Below are positions 30,113 through 39,901 of a stretch of DNA of 64,000 nucleotides, in pieces. Source of the DNA: Thermoproteota archaeon (GTDB lineage Archaea; Thermoproteota; Thermoprotei_A; EX4484-217-1); the NCBI GenBank assembly GCA_029258915.1, contig JAPDJU010000006.1:101183-165182 (forward strand). Reading direction: 5' to 3'. The first letter of the stretch is position 1. Each line of letters begins with the position of its first letter. Below the pieces are notes generated by a model. The model was not told the origin of the DNA. It saw nothing but the letters and a program-made list of their open reading frames with translations, and ran no database searches. The translations under genes were made by a program, and so were the position numbers.

Positions 30113-30499
30113 TGGGGGCTTAGGTTTTTCTCCTTTAGTAATTTCTAAGATAAAGCAGTCTCTCATAGGCTCATAGACTATTTTATAAAATTTCTGTGGG
30201 TCTTCAAGAACCCATTTAGGAAACTTACTAACACATTCTATTGCAGCTTCTCAAACCTTACTAGGATCAGCTACTTTACCTATTCTCTTAAGAACTTGGT
30301 AATCGAAGTCTTGTGGTGTTTGAGATTTTTCTCCAATAACGTAATATCCTAAACTATCTACTTGAACACATTCTCCAAGAACTTCAACATATCCTTCAGG
30401 ACGTTTTGTCTTCTTCTTTTCGACACCACTTGGCCTATTCGATATTTCCTCGATTTTCCAAACCCATTTACAACCTGCTACCGGGGGATTATGCCGTGA
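30113..30499 (-). pseudogene. Gene remnant of unknown family with an in-frame TGA and no start codon
   Basis: Own minus-strand translation ...CKWVWKIEEISNRPSGVEKKK...KRIGKVADPSKV*EAAIECVSKFPKWVLEDPQKFYKIVYEPMRDCFILEITKGEKPKPP; coordinates approximate. Confidence 0.35.
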
Positions 30500-30677
30500 T
30501 ATTGCTTATTGTAATATGTTTATGTATTATGCATTTAGCTAGTATATTTTAATCCTCTTCTAAAATAGGAAGCGTATATGGCGAGGTTATAAGGGAATGT
30601 AAGCTTAAGGGTTACTGTGTCATTTTAAAGTACTAGATATCCCCTTACGACTTAAACGCTATATTAATTCCATGTAG

Positions 30678-31157
30678 TTATGTGGTAATTTTACTTAAGA
30701 TTCTTAGGGATATGTAGAATAGGGGTAGTGCTATATATCCTAGTAGAGCTTCAGCTCTTAGAAAACCCATTACTAGCTCCTCGTAGGCTATAGGTTCACC
30801 TACAATAATACCGTCAAGCCATGAGGCTATAATGACAAGTACTTGCATCACCATAGCGGCTACAGCTAAACCTAAACCTAAAGTAGTTGCTGCTAAGCTC
30901 TTTACCGGTTTTCTCTTAAACCAGTAATATGCTGATAAAATCATTAAGAAACCTATAGATAACATTACTAAGCTTATACCTAAGTCTCCCGGTATATAAT
31001 CTGAGTACAAGAACTCTCCTGCCCCAGTAGTTCCTAAATACCAGTTAATAATAGCTATAAAACCTGCTACTGAGTACACTAAGCCTAGCACAACTTCTAT
31101 AGGAATTATAACATATATGTAACGTTTAAATATACCCTTACTATTTTCCATAATCAA
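30678..31157 (-). CDS. Membrane protein of unknown function, downstream of feoB
   Basis: 159-aa hydrophobic ORF with about four TM helices. Confidence 0.4.
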   Translation of the reverse strand: MIMENSKGIFKRYIYVIIPIEVVLGLVYSVAGFIAIINWYLGTTGAGEFLYSDYIPGDLGISLVMLSIGFLMILSAYYWFKRKPVKSLAATTLGLGLAVAAMVMQVLVIIASWLDGIIVGEPIAYEELVMGFLRAEALLGYIALPLFYISLRILSKITT

Positions 31158-31163
31158 TCACCT

Positions 31164-33239
31164 TTATCTAAAGCCAAGTACTGAGCCTATACTTATAATG
31201 CTTAGCGATACGATGTATGCCAATAAAACCTCGTAGATTAAAGCTAAGATTGCATACTTTAACCCTAACTCGTTTCTTACCATAGCGAGAGTTGCAATAC
31301 ATGGTACGTAGATTAAGACAAAAGCCATATAAGCATAAGCAGTTAATGGTGTAAACACATGTCTTTCAGCTATAACATCCACTATCTTTTCCTCCCCTAC
31401 ACCATACAGTATAGCCATTGAGCTAACTACGATCTCTTTAGCTACAAAGCCGAAAAATAATGCTACTGCCGCTCTCCAATCCCATCCCATTAACGAGAAT
31501 ACAGTTGAAGCTAACAATTGACCCAAAATGCCGGCCCAGCTTTCTCTAAGAAGCTGAGGGTCTTCAAGAGCTTCTGGTCCAAGGTATCCTTCCGGACCCG
31601 TTACCGATAACAGCCACACTATTACTGTGCCAAGAAATATTACCGTACCTGCTTTGAATAAGAACCTCTTAGTTCTCTCCCAAGTCTTTATAGCCACGTT
31701 GTCGAAACGGGGCATCATGTATGGCGGTAACTCCATAATGAAGCCGCTGCTAGCACCTTTAAAAAGCGTTTTTCTAAGCAATAAACCTACGATTAACGCT
31801 AAAATTATACCTAAAACATACAGGCTAAGTACAGCAAAGCCTGCCGAGGCTCCTAGAACAGCACCGCCAATTACCAAGTATACTGGTAAACGAGCATTAC
31901 ATGAAGCTAGAGGTGCTATTAGTGCCGTTGTTTTTCTCTCATTTTCATCCTCAATAGCTCTAGCAGCCATTACACCTGGAACGTTACATCCAAAACCTAT
32001 AATCAATGGTATTACAGCCTTCCCAGGTAAGTTGAACTTATGAAATACTTTATCTACCAGGAAAGCTACCCTTGCCATGTATCCTACATCCTCTAGTATA
32101 GCGAAACCTAGGAAGAAGAATGCGATAATAGGTAGAAATATAAGTACCGCACCTACACCGGCAATAACCCCATCAGCTAAGAATGAGGTAAGCCAGTCAG
32201 GTAGGCCATGAATGCCCAAGACTATATCATGTAAATAGCTGTTAATAGCCACATCTACTAGGTCTGCAAGAGGCACTGACACTTCAAATGCAAACCTAAA
32301 GAGCAGATATATTGCTGAGAGAGCAAGAGGTATTCCAACAATCTTATGCGTTAGAACACTATCTAGAAGATCTGTCATAGATACTCTTGGTACAGCTACT
32401 CTTTCCACAACAGCCTTAACAATTTCTAGAACCCTTTCATACTTTTGCTTAACAATATAAGATTCAGGGTCACCTATCTTTTTCCCAAGTATTTCTCTAA
32501 GTTGATTAGCTTTGTCTATTATTTCTTTACCTGCAGGTAGCTTTGAAACCTTACCTACAATATCACTATCTCCTTCTAAGAGTTTTAATGCAATCCACCT
32601 AGCAGGATATTTTTCTGCAAGTTCTGGAGCTAAATCCTTAATTACTTCCTCAATTTTAGATATTGCTTCCTCAACTATTCTACCATAATCTACAATACGT
32701 GCTTGCACCTTCTTTTCATGAATAGCCTTCACAATAGTCTCCTTTAGCTTGCCGATACCACGACCTGTAGTGGCTACGGTTGGTACGACAGGTACGCCTA
32801 TGAGAAATTCTAGTTTTTTATAGTCTATTTTGTAACCTTCCTTCTCAGCTAAATCAACCATATTAAGATCTATAACTACATTAGCACCGAGCTCTAACAG
32901 CGATAAGGCAAGGTAGAGGCTTCTTTCAAGATTTATTGCGCTAACTATACATACTACTACGTCAGGTTTTTCTTCGACAATAAAGTTCCTTGCAATAAGC
33001 TCGTCAACACTATAAGCTGTGAGACTATATATTCCTGGTAAATCCACTACCTCAATTTCTGCTCCATTCACCCTTAATGTACCAACTTTTTTCTCAACAG
33101 TTACGCCAGGCCAGTTTCCTACCCAAGCTCTACCCCCGGTTAACCTATTAAATATAAGCGACTTACCTACATTAGGTATACCTGCCAATGCTATCTTAAC
33201 ACGTCTACTTTCACGAGCCAAGAGACTATACCTCCTCAA
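31164..33239 (-). CDS. feoB: Ferrous iron transporter FeoB
   Basis: N-terminal G-domain (GIPNVGKS, DLPG) followed by a large polytopic membrane domain. Confidence 0.9.
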   Translation of the reverse strand: MRRYSLLARESRRVKIALAGIPNVGKSLIFNRLTGGRAWVGNWPGVTVEKKVGTLRVNGAEIEVVDLPGIYSLTAYSVDELIARNFIVEEKPDVVVCIVSAINLERSLYLALSLLELGANVVIDLNMVDLAEKEGYKIDYKKLEFLIGVPVVPTVATTGRGIGKLKETIVKAIHEKKVQARIVDYGRIVEEAISKIEEVIKDLAPELAEKYPARWIALKLLEGDSDIVGKVSKLPAGKEIIDKANQLREILGKKIGDPESYIVKQKYERVLEIVKAVVERVAVPRVSMTDLLDSVLTHKIVGIPLALSAIYLLFRFAFEVSVPLADLVDVAINSYLHDIVLGIHGLPDWLTSFLADGVIAGVGAVLIFLPIIAFFFLGFAILEDVGYMARVAFLVDKVFHKFNLPGKAVIPLIIGFGCNVPGVMAARAIEDENERKTTALIAPLASCNARLPVYLVIGGAVLGASAGFAVLSLYVLGIILALIVGLLLRKTLFKGASSGFIMELPPYMMPRFDNVAIKTWERTKRFLFKAGTVIFLGTVIVWLLSVTGPEGYLGPEALEDPQLLRESWAGILGQLLASTVFSLMGWDWRAAVALFFGFVAKEIVVSSMAILYGVGEEKIVDVIAERHVFTPLTAYAYMAFVLIYVPCIATLAMVRNELGLKYAILALIYEVLLAYIVSLSIISIGSVLGFR

Positions 33240-33507
33240 CCATAATTTTCATCGCGACGCCAAACCCTAAAAGAAGTCTCCCCCCAGTAGCAATAGGGCG
33301 GTAAGGGGGAAAGTTCCTTTTAGAAACGTATGGTGAATCATTAACGATTTCAATAATTACAGGTCCAGGACCTTGAGTTTTTATAACCCGAACCATTTTG
33401 CCTTCTATTATACCCAGCTCATGCAACCTCCTATGTAATCCCTTACCAGCCCTAATTGCAACAATTCGGACTAACTTACCTTCTTGAGCATAAGCTAAAG
33501 GCATCAT
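33226..33507 (-). CDS. feoA: FeoA-domain protein
   Basis: SH3-like FeoA pattern (LVRIVAI...RLHELGIIEG...); overlaps the feoB start. Confidence 0.65.
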   Translation of the reverse strand: MMPLAYAQEGKLVRIVAIRAGKGLHRRLHELGIIEGKMVRVIKTQGPGPVIIEIVNDSPYVSKRNFPPYRPIATGGRLLLGFGVAMKIMVEEV

Positions 33508-33737
33508 CCTTTAACCTCCTCTAAAATTATTTTTTCTGCTTCCGCCTTCCTAATGCTGATAGGGTTTCCCTTAGCTACGATCTCGATAGGGTCTCCTAAA
33601 GGAGCTTTACGAACTACCTTAATTTCTAAACCCGGTAATAGTCCTAAGTCAAGTATCCTTCTCTTAACCAAGCCTGCTCCTTCAACCCTAACTACTCTAT
33701 AGATTCTACCTACTTTTGCCATTGAAAGCCTAATCAT
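33504..33737 (-). CDS. feoA: FeoA-domain protein (second copy)
   Basis: VGRIYRVVRVEG...RRILDLGLLPG matches the FeoA domain. Confidence 0.7.
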   Translation of the reverse strand: MIRLSMAKVGRIYRVVRVEGAGLVKRRILDLGLLPGLEIKVVRKAPLGDPIEIVAKGNPISIRKAEAEKIILEEVKG

Positions 33738-34131
33738 TGTTAGATTACCCTAATTAAGTCAGACCATTCTAATAAAATTAGAATAATTGAATTATTTAAA
33801 TTTAATTATGAGCAATAACACATAAAGAAGCCATTTAAACAATTCTTAAAATTTTTCATTATTTAAGCAATTACATAACTATGTACTAAAGCTTCTTTTT
33901 GCCGTTTTAACTAAAACCTTTAGGCGCATTATAGTATTATCTTGTGAATTTTGTTCTTCACACCTAACATATTGGCTTTCCTCTGCTTGCATAGGTGGTG
34001 TTTTTAAAATCAAAATTGATAAGCTTCACAACACTTTATCAGTAGCTACTCCCTTCATTTGTGGGACGCTCATCAGTTTAAAATATAAAACTAAAGTATG
34101 GTGAAATCTATAGGTATTCTTAGGTAGCATC

Positions 34132-35526
34132 ATGGTGAAGATAACGTTAATAAGCCCTCCAGATTTTGGATCGAAGTATCGTGAATTTTTAGGCATGATT
34201 GTTCCTCCTTTAGGCTTAGCATATATTGCTGCTGTTCTTGAACAGCATGGTTATAAAGTTTCAATTATAGATTCTCCTGCTCTAAACTTAACATATAAGG
34301 ACATTGTTAAAATAGTTTATAAGGAAAAACCGGATATTGTAGGTATTCAAGCTTTAACTCCTACAATTTATAATGCATTTAATGTAGCAAAGCTTGTGAA
34401 GAAAGTTCTACCTGAAACAATAGTTGTTATGGGAGGTTATCATCCAACATTTGCGGACATTGCAACACTAAGAGAATGTAAGGAGGTAGATATTTGTGTT
34501 AGAGGTGAAGGAGAATATACAATGTTAGATATAGTGAAAACCGTAGAAGAGCATGGTGATTTCTCTAGAACCTTAGGAATAACGTTTAGGGATAGATCGG
34601 GAGATATTATAAGAAACCCTGATAGGCCTTTAATTAGAAACCTTGACAAACTACCTTTCCCCGCTAGACATTTACTTCCAATGGATAAGTACATGGTTTT
34701 CGGAATGAAAGTTCCAGCAACAACTATTGTTTGCAGTAGAGGATGTCCTATGAGATGCTCTTTCTGTGCTTCCTCAGCAATGTATAGAGGCATTGTTAGA
34801 TTTAGAAGCCCTGAAAACGTAGTTAAGGAAGTAGAACATGTTAAAGAAAAATATAAGGTAAAAATGATTGCCTTTGTTGATGATACTTTTACGCTATTTA
34901 GGAAATGGGTTAACAGGCTGTGTGATAAGATTTTAGAAAGAAAATTAGACATCATATGGGGTGCTGCAGCCAGAGTAGATACGCTGAATCTTCAAACCCT
35001 AATTAAAATGAGAGAATCAGGCTGCACCACGCTGTTTTTCGGTATAGAATCAGGTGTAGAATTTATTCTTAAAAACATAGGTAAAACGTTTACACTACGT
35101 AAGGTCATGAAGGTTTTCGAATGGTGTAGAAAACTTGGAATAAGGATAATTGCAAGTTTCGCCTTAGGTTTTCCAGGGGAAACATTAGAGACAATAAGGA
35201 AAACTATTGAATTCGCTAAGAAACTTAAACCGGATTTCGTAGTTTTCTCTATAGCAACACCTTATCCTGGAACAGCATTTTTTAAGGAGTGTTTAGACGG
35301 AGGTATTTTAAAGATAAAGGATTGGTCAAAATACACACTATTAACACCTATAATTGAAACTACAAGCCTAAAAATAGAAGAGGTTAAGAAAATGTTGATT
35401 AAAGCATATGAGGAGTTCTACTTTAGACCACTCTGGTGGGCTAAAACAATAGCTAGGGAGAAAAGTGTAGGTTTATCAATGTTTATCCATGTTTTCTCAA
35501 CAATACTTAGAAAAATGTTAATATAG
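34132..35526 (+). CDS. B12-binding-domain radical SAM protein
   Basis: N-terminal cobalamin-binding Rossmann-like domain, then radical SAM cluster motif CPMRCSFC. Confidence 0.8.
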   Translation: MVKITLISPPDFGSKYREFLGMIVPPLGLAYIAAVLEQHGYKVSIIDSPALNLTYKDIVKIVYKEKPDIVGIQALTPTIYNAFNVAKLVKKVLPETIVVMGGYHPTFADIATLRECKEVDICVRGEGEYTMLDIVKTVEEHGDFSRTLGITFRDRSGDIIRNPDRPLIRNLDKLPFPARHLLPMDKYMVFGMKVPATTIVCSRGCPMRCSFCASSAMYRGIVRFRSPENVVKEVEHVKEKYKVKMIAFVDDTFTLFRKWVNRLCDKILERKLDIIWGAAARVDTLNLQTLIKMRESGCTTLFFGIESGVEFILKNIGKTFTLRKVMKVFEWCRKLGIRIIASFALGFPGETLETIRKTIEFAKKLKPDFVVFSIATPYPGTAFFKECLDGGILKIKDWSKYTLLTPIIETTSLKIEEVKKMLIKAYEEFYFRPLWWAKTIAREKSVGLSMFIHVFSTILRKMLI

Positions 35527-35598
35527 AATAGGCTTAAAACTTTACAACATCTGCTCTTAGTAAATATAATATTCTAAAGAGAACATAGTTTTACCTAG

Positions 35599-37092
35599 GT
35601 GTTTTCTTTGAAGCACAGTGTTAAGATGCTGGTCTCTACATTGGGCCCATTAATATTCCTTATATTAGCTCTATTACCTCCCATCCCAGGAATGTATGAA
35701 GCATCTCTTTCCGTAAATGCTCACCCTAAAGCTGCACAAATTACCTTAGGCTTACTTTTCTGGGTTGTTGAATGGTGGGTTTTAGAAACAGTTCCGCTAG
35801 GTTTAACAGGCTTACTGCCTGCACTTATACTTCCCATGTTAGGTATTTTAAGCTGGAAGGAGGCCTTACCTACGTATTTAAGCCCTATAATATGGATTTT
35901 TATGGGAGCCTTCGCTTTAGCAAACGCTTTTAGAGCTTCCGGGTTAGATAAGAGGGTTGTTGCTTTTCTCTCAAACCTTTATAAAGGTAAGAGTTTTGCT
36001 TTATCAGTGCTTGCTACCATTTGTTTACCAACATTTTTCTTAAGCATGATAGGTTCAATAACAGGCGCTGCTAGCATAATGCTTCCCATAACCTTAGCTT
36101 ATCTTTCAGCAGTTAAGGGTAAAAGCAAAGAAGTCAACGAGATGACATTGCTTCTTATGGCTAATGCTGCAACAGCTGGTGCACTACTTTTCCTAATAAG
36201 CACACCTCCAAACCTTATAGGTAAAGCTGTTGTTGAACAGTTTACAGAATATACAGTAAGCTTCTTTGACTGGTTTACTTTCGGAACACCGCAAGCAATA
36301 TTTGGCTTAATTACATCATGGGCTATAATAATTTTCCTGTACCGTAAATTTCTAACCGCAATAGAAGCCCCTAAAAGCTATGCCGTAAGTAAGCCTATGG
36401 ACTTCGCCGAGAAAGCAGTTTTTATAGTGTTTTCGTTAGCCATTATTCTTTGGACTACTCCAGGCTTCCTTTCCATCGCAGCATCAATAATAAAGTCTCC
36501 TTTCTTAGTAAACCTAGCCTCAACAATGAAGAAGTATGTTCCAGAATATGCTCCAGCAATCTTAGTGCTAATACTGTTACCTTTAATTAAACATGAAGGT
36601 AAACGTGTGCTTCCTTTCGATGAAATGCTTAGAAAGATAAATTGGAATACGATATTTCTCTTCGGAGGAGGACTACTTTTAGGTAAAGGGATTTTAGCTA
36701 GTGGCTTAGCAGCATGGATAGCTTCAATAGTTGAGAAACAGGCTGGTGCAGAAGCATCTGCATGGCTTTTAACAGCAATTACAGCTACTTTAGCTTTCGG
36801 ACTTACACAGGTAGCCTCAAACACCGCAACAGCAAACATATTTTGCCCAATAGCTGCAACTATAGCTTTAGGTGCGAATATAAACCCAGCGATATCAGTA
36901 TTAATAACAGCAATGGCATGTTCAATAGCATGTACGCTACCAGCATCAACACCTCCAATGGCTATAGTTTATTCAACAAAAGCAATTAGAGTTAAAAGCA
37001 TGCTAAAAGTAGGCGTTATTGCAGGAAGTATAAGGCTTATATTTCTTCTTCTAACAGGGCCCCAGCTAATACACATTATATTCTACAGATAA
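35599..37092 (+). CDS. Anion permease (DASS / ArsB-NhaD superfamily)
   Basis: 497-aa polytopic membrane protein with internally repeated hydrophobic halves. Confidence 0.55.
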   Translation: MFSLKHSVKMLVSTLGPLIFLILALLPPIPGMYEASLSVNAHPKAAQITLGLLFWVVEWWVLETVPLGLTGLLPALILPMLGILSWKEALPTYLSPIIWIFMGAFALANAFRASGLDKRVVAFLSNLYKGKSFALSVLATICLPTFFLSMIGSITGAASIMLPITLAYLSAVKGKSKEVNEMTLLLMANAATAGALLFLISTPPNLIGKAVVEQFTEYTVSFFDWFTFGTPQAIFGLITSWAIIIFLYRKFLTAIEAPKSYAVSKPMDFAEKAVFIVFSLAIILWTTPGFLSIAASIIKSPFLVNLASTMKKYVPEYAPAILVLILLPLIKHEGKRVLPFDEMLRKINWNTIFLFGGGLLLGKGILASGLAAWIASIVEKQAGAEASAWLLTAITATLAFGLTQVASNTATANIFCPIAATIALGANINPAISVLITAMACSIACTLPASTPPMAIVYSTKAIRVKSMLKVGVIAGSIRLIFLLLTGPQLIHIIFYR

Positions 37093-37143
37093 TTCAGAGA
37101 TCCTTATAAATCAGAAACCATCTTTAATATTGCAGATAAGTAA

Positions 37144-37968
37144 TTAGTCTTGAAACTCTATTTTAATTTCACAATATGGATCTCCTTTTGCTACACACGA
37201 AGTTTCTTTTGCTTTAACTTTTCTCCCAGTAAATGCCTCTACTAAGCCAGCAATTATTCCTCGCAGTATATGGCCTGTTGGCCCCATTATCTCATATTTT
37301 CTAGCTAACTCACATTCCCAATAGTTAAATAGCCTAATCTTTATGAGATCTTTTCTTAGTAAGTGTCGGTAAGAGTAATAAGTTATTTTACCTTTACATA
37401 TACCTCTGGCAAAGCAACATATTAGAAAGGCCTTTAAGGCTTCTTCTAGGTCTTTTATCCCCAAGGTTTTTAGGTCTTGAGCATATAAACGACCTAAGCT
37501 AAGTCCGTGATGATACAGCGATGCCGCTGCTAATCTTCCAAATTTCTTTTTAAATAGAACAGCTAATAATTTCATGTCATCTTCTGTTAAAAGTAGCAGT
37601 CTTCTTCCAAAATCATCTATTATAGGAAAATGATGAAGATCAGCAAGAATTTGAGGCAACTGAGGATAATCTATTCTAACATCTATAACACTTTCAATTT
37701 TTATAATCTCTCTTTTAACCACATTCGGGTCAATACTAAGACCAGTAAAGTCGCATACAAAGAAGCCACCTTCAACATTCCCTACCCTAGCTCTCGTACT
37801 GAAGACTATGGCACAGATGTTTACCCTGTATTTTTCAAAAGTTTTAGCTATAGCAGACAATGTCCCAGGTTTATTGACGGCTTTTATGTAAAAGCCAATA
37901 AGTCTCCTGTCCTTAGTAAATATTAAGTTACTTAAACGTGCTCCCTCATATTCTTCAGCAGATTCCAT
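37144..37968 (-). CDS. ACT-domain plus V4R-domain protein (putative small-molecule sensor)
   Basis: N-terminal ACT-like IGFYIKAVNKPGTLSAI and C-terminal V4R Cys motif ETSCVAKGDPYCE; paralog of 42635-43441. Confidence 0.6.
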   Translation of the reverse strand: MESAEEYEGARLSNLIFTKDRRLIGFYIKAVNKPGTLSAIAKTFEKYRVNICAIVFSTRARVGNVEGGFFVCDFTGLSIDPNVVKREIIKIESVIDVRIDYPQLPQILADLHHFPIIDDFGRRLLLLTEDDMKLLAVLFKKKFGRLAAASLYHHGLSLGRLYAQDLKTLGIKDLEEALKAFLICCFARGICKGKITYYSYRHLLRKDLIKIRLFNYWECELARKYEIMGPTGHILRGIIAGLVEAFTGRKVKAKETSCVAKGDPYCEIKIEFQD

Positions 37969-38229
37969 TTTTAATAACCCCTATTCACTACGTCAATCTA
38001 GTTTTTCCCTATTATAAAAACTAATTCTAACAGAATGGTATCTAAACATTTATTCTTTGAAACAGAAAAGACCTCTCATAGGAAACCCATGTTTTCTTTT
38101 TTAAGTTTTAGCATTAATTACATAAAATACGTTTAGACAGACTTGCCGTTAAAGTGAAAATGACGGAATCAAGCTAATTAGTGGGATAATTTAAAGATAA
38201 GATAGAGTAGGTTAGGTGAAAGATTAACC

Positions 38230-38805
38230 ATGTATATTTATAGTGACTACCATGACGAATTTTTCACGTTTGAAGGTTACGCTAGAGATGTAGTAGGCGA
38301 TCCCATACTTCTCAGAAAAGTTGTAGAAAAATATATGCCTGTAGAGAAACTTGTAGACATACATGTTGGTGTTGAAATAGAAATAGAGGGTGTATATGCT
38401 GTTGAAATATGGGTTGTTCTCTCAGATGGCATAACAAGCCTAGTTCTTGCGGATTCACCCATACCTTTAACTCCTAAACAATGGCAAATAATAATAAACA
38501 AAGTAGATGAACAGTATAGAAGAGTCCGTGGATTATTAATAGAGCCTAAACCTAATGTCTCGTTTAAAGATCTTATGGAGGATCTAGAAAACTATATTAG
38601 CACTTTAGGTTTAAAACTTAAATTCCTAGCTAAAATGTCTAAAGCATTTTTAAGCAGGTCATTAAATCTTATAGGGTTAAGACCGTGGAACATAGTTTTA
38701 GCGCTGAGTAGAGACCATATTGTAGAAACGTATCTCATACCTAGAAAATTTCTTAAAGACGTTGAGAAATTGTTAAAGGATAAAGCAAAAATAACCTATG
38801 TTTAA
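38230..38805 (+). CDS. Hypothetical protein
   Basis: 191-aa ORF; no recognised motif. Confidence 0.35.
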   Translation: MYIYSDYHDEFFTFEGYARDVVGDPILLRKVVEKYMPVEKLVDIHVGVEIEIEGVYAVEIWVVLSDGITSLVLADSPIPLTPKQWQIIINKVDEQYRRVRGLLIEPKPNVSFKDLMEDLENYISTLGLKLKFLAKMSKAFLSRSLNLIGLRPWNIVLALSRDHIVETYLIPRKFLKDVEKLLKDKAKITYV

Positions 38806-38828
38806 ACACAATACATTACGTATTACCT

Positions 38829-39440
38829 ATGGGTACAGAGGCTAGATATGCTGAAATATTTGAAGCTAAAATCTCTATTACTGTAAACTTCATTATTTGG
38901 CTAATTAGGTTAATCATAGGTTTCACTATTGGGAGTATAGCTATTTTAGCTGATGCATGGCATGTAATAAGCGATGTTTTAACATCCATTGGTGTCTATG
39001 TTGCTGGAAAAATAGCTTCTAAACCTGCTGATAGAGAACATCCATATGGACATGGTAGAGTAGCAGTTTTAGCAGAACTATTCATTTCAGCAGTATTGGT
39101 GCTTGTATCCTTAGTAATAGTTTACGAAGTTTTCTATGGCATATTCATTACCGAATTTCTACATGAAATAGCGTTTTACGGCATATTCTTCGTCATAGCA
39201 ACAGCGATAGCTAAGGAACTCATGGCACGGTGGGCTGTTTCTTTAGGTAAAAAGTCAGGCTCAAATCTATGCATTGTAGATGGGTTACATCACAGACTAG
39301 ATGCTCTGATATCTTTAAGCATTTCTATAGCACTTTATATTGGAATAATATTTAACATCATGGTTCTTGATAAGTTAATAGCGTTAGCAGTAGTGGCTAT
39401 AATAGGTTTCGAAGCATTTAAAATAGCTAAAAATCAGTAG
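38829..39440 (+). CDS. Cation diffusion facilitator (CDF) transporter, transmembrane domain
   Basis: CDF signatures HVISDVLTSIGV and REHPYGHGR. Confidence 0.75.
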   Translation: MGTEARYAEIFEAKISITVNFIIWLIRLIIGFTIGSIAILADAWHVISDVLTSIGVYVAGKIASKPADREHPYGHGRVAVLAELFISAVLVLVSLVIVYEVFYGIFITEFLHEIAFYGIFFVIATAIAKELMARWAVSLGKKSGSNLCIVDGLHHRLDALISLSISIALYIGIIFNIMVLDKLIALAVVAIIGFEAFKIAKNQ

Positions 39441-39448
39441 ATACATTA

Positions 39449-39706
39449 ATGAAGAAGAGAATACCTGAAATAGAAAAACTAGTTGCTGAAGAAGCAGCTA
39501 AACACAGTAAAATACTATATATTCACGATGTAAATGCCAGGAATTTAGGAGGATACTACGTTGTTGAAACAACAGTACACTTAGCCCCATCCCTTACATT
39601 AAAGGAAGCACATAAAATAGCGCATGAATTAGAAGAAGCTGTAAGAAAAAGAAATTCAAAAATAATTAAACTAATAATCCATATAGAACCTGAAGGCGAA
39701 GACTAA
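39449..39706 (+). CDS. CDF transporter C-terminal cytoplasmic domain, encoded as a separate ORF
   Basis: YIHDVNARNLGGYYVVETTVHLAPSLTLKEAHKIAHELEEAV...HIEP matches the CDF C-terminal domain; starts 9 nt after the TMD stop. Confidence 0.65.
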   Translation: MKKRIPEIEKLVAEEAAKHSKILYIHDVNARNLGGYYVVETTVHLAPSLTLKEAHKIAHELEEAVRKRNSKIIKLIIHIEPEGED

Positions 39707-39901
39707 ATAGGGTTAATAATGTTTTAAGTAAAAATGATGACATTAGATTAAGAAGCTCAAATTCTACTTGTCTTTACAAGCTCTCTCGAGGTTAGAATAG
39801 AAATCTACTAAGTTTCTATCTTGAGTAAAACTTTCGAGATAGTAAGCTTTCAATATGAAGAGTATCAATATTGAATCTAGGCTGCTTGTTGGGTATAAGC
39901 C

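Noticed and set aside
30113-30499. In-frame TGA as a selenocysteine codon
   Set aside because: No start codon, no SECIS-like context examined, and the neighbouring gene is also decayed; pseudogene is the simpler explanation.
33738-34131. Small ORFs or structured RNA in the 394-bp AT-rich spacer upstream of feoA
   Set aside because: Only very short ORFs (about 15 codons or fewer) and no convincing stem-loops were found by eye; left unannotated.
39733-39800. Possible C/D box sRNA (TGATGA at 39733)
   Set aside because: No matching D or D' box (CTGA) at the expected spacing and no terminal stem; likely chance occurrence in AT-rich spacer.
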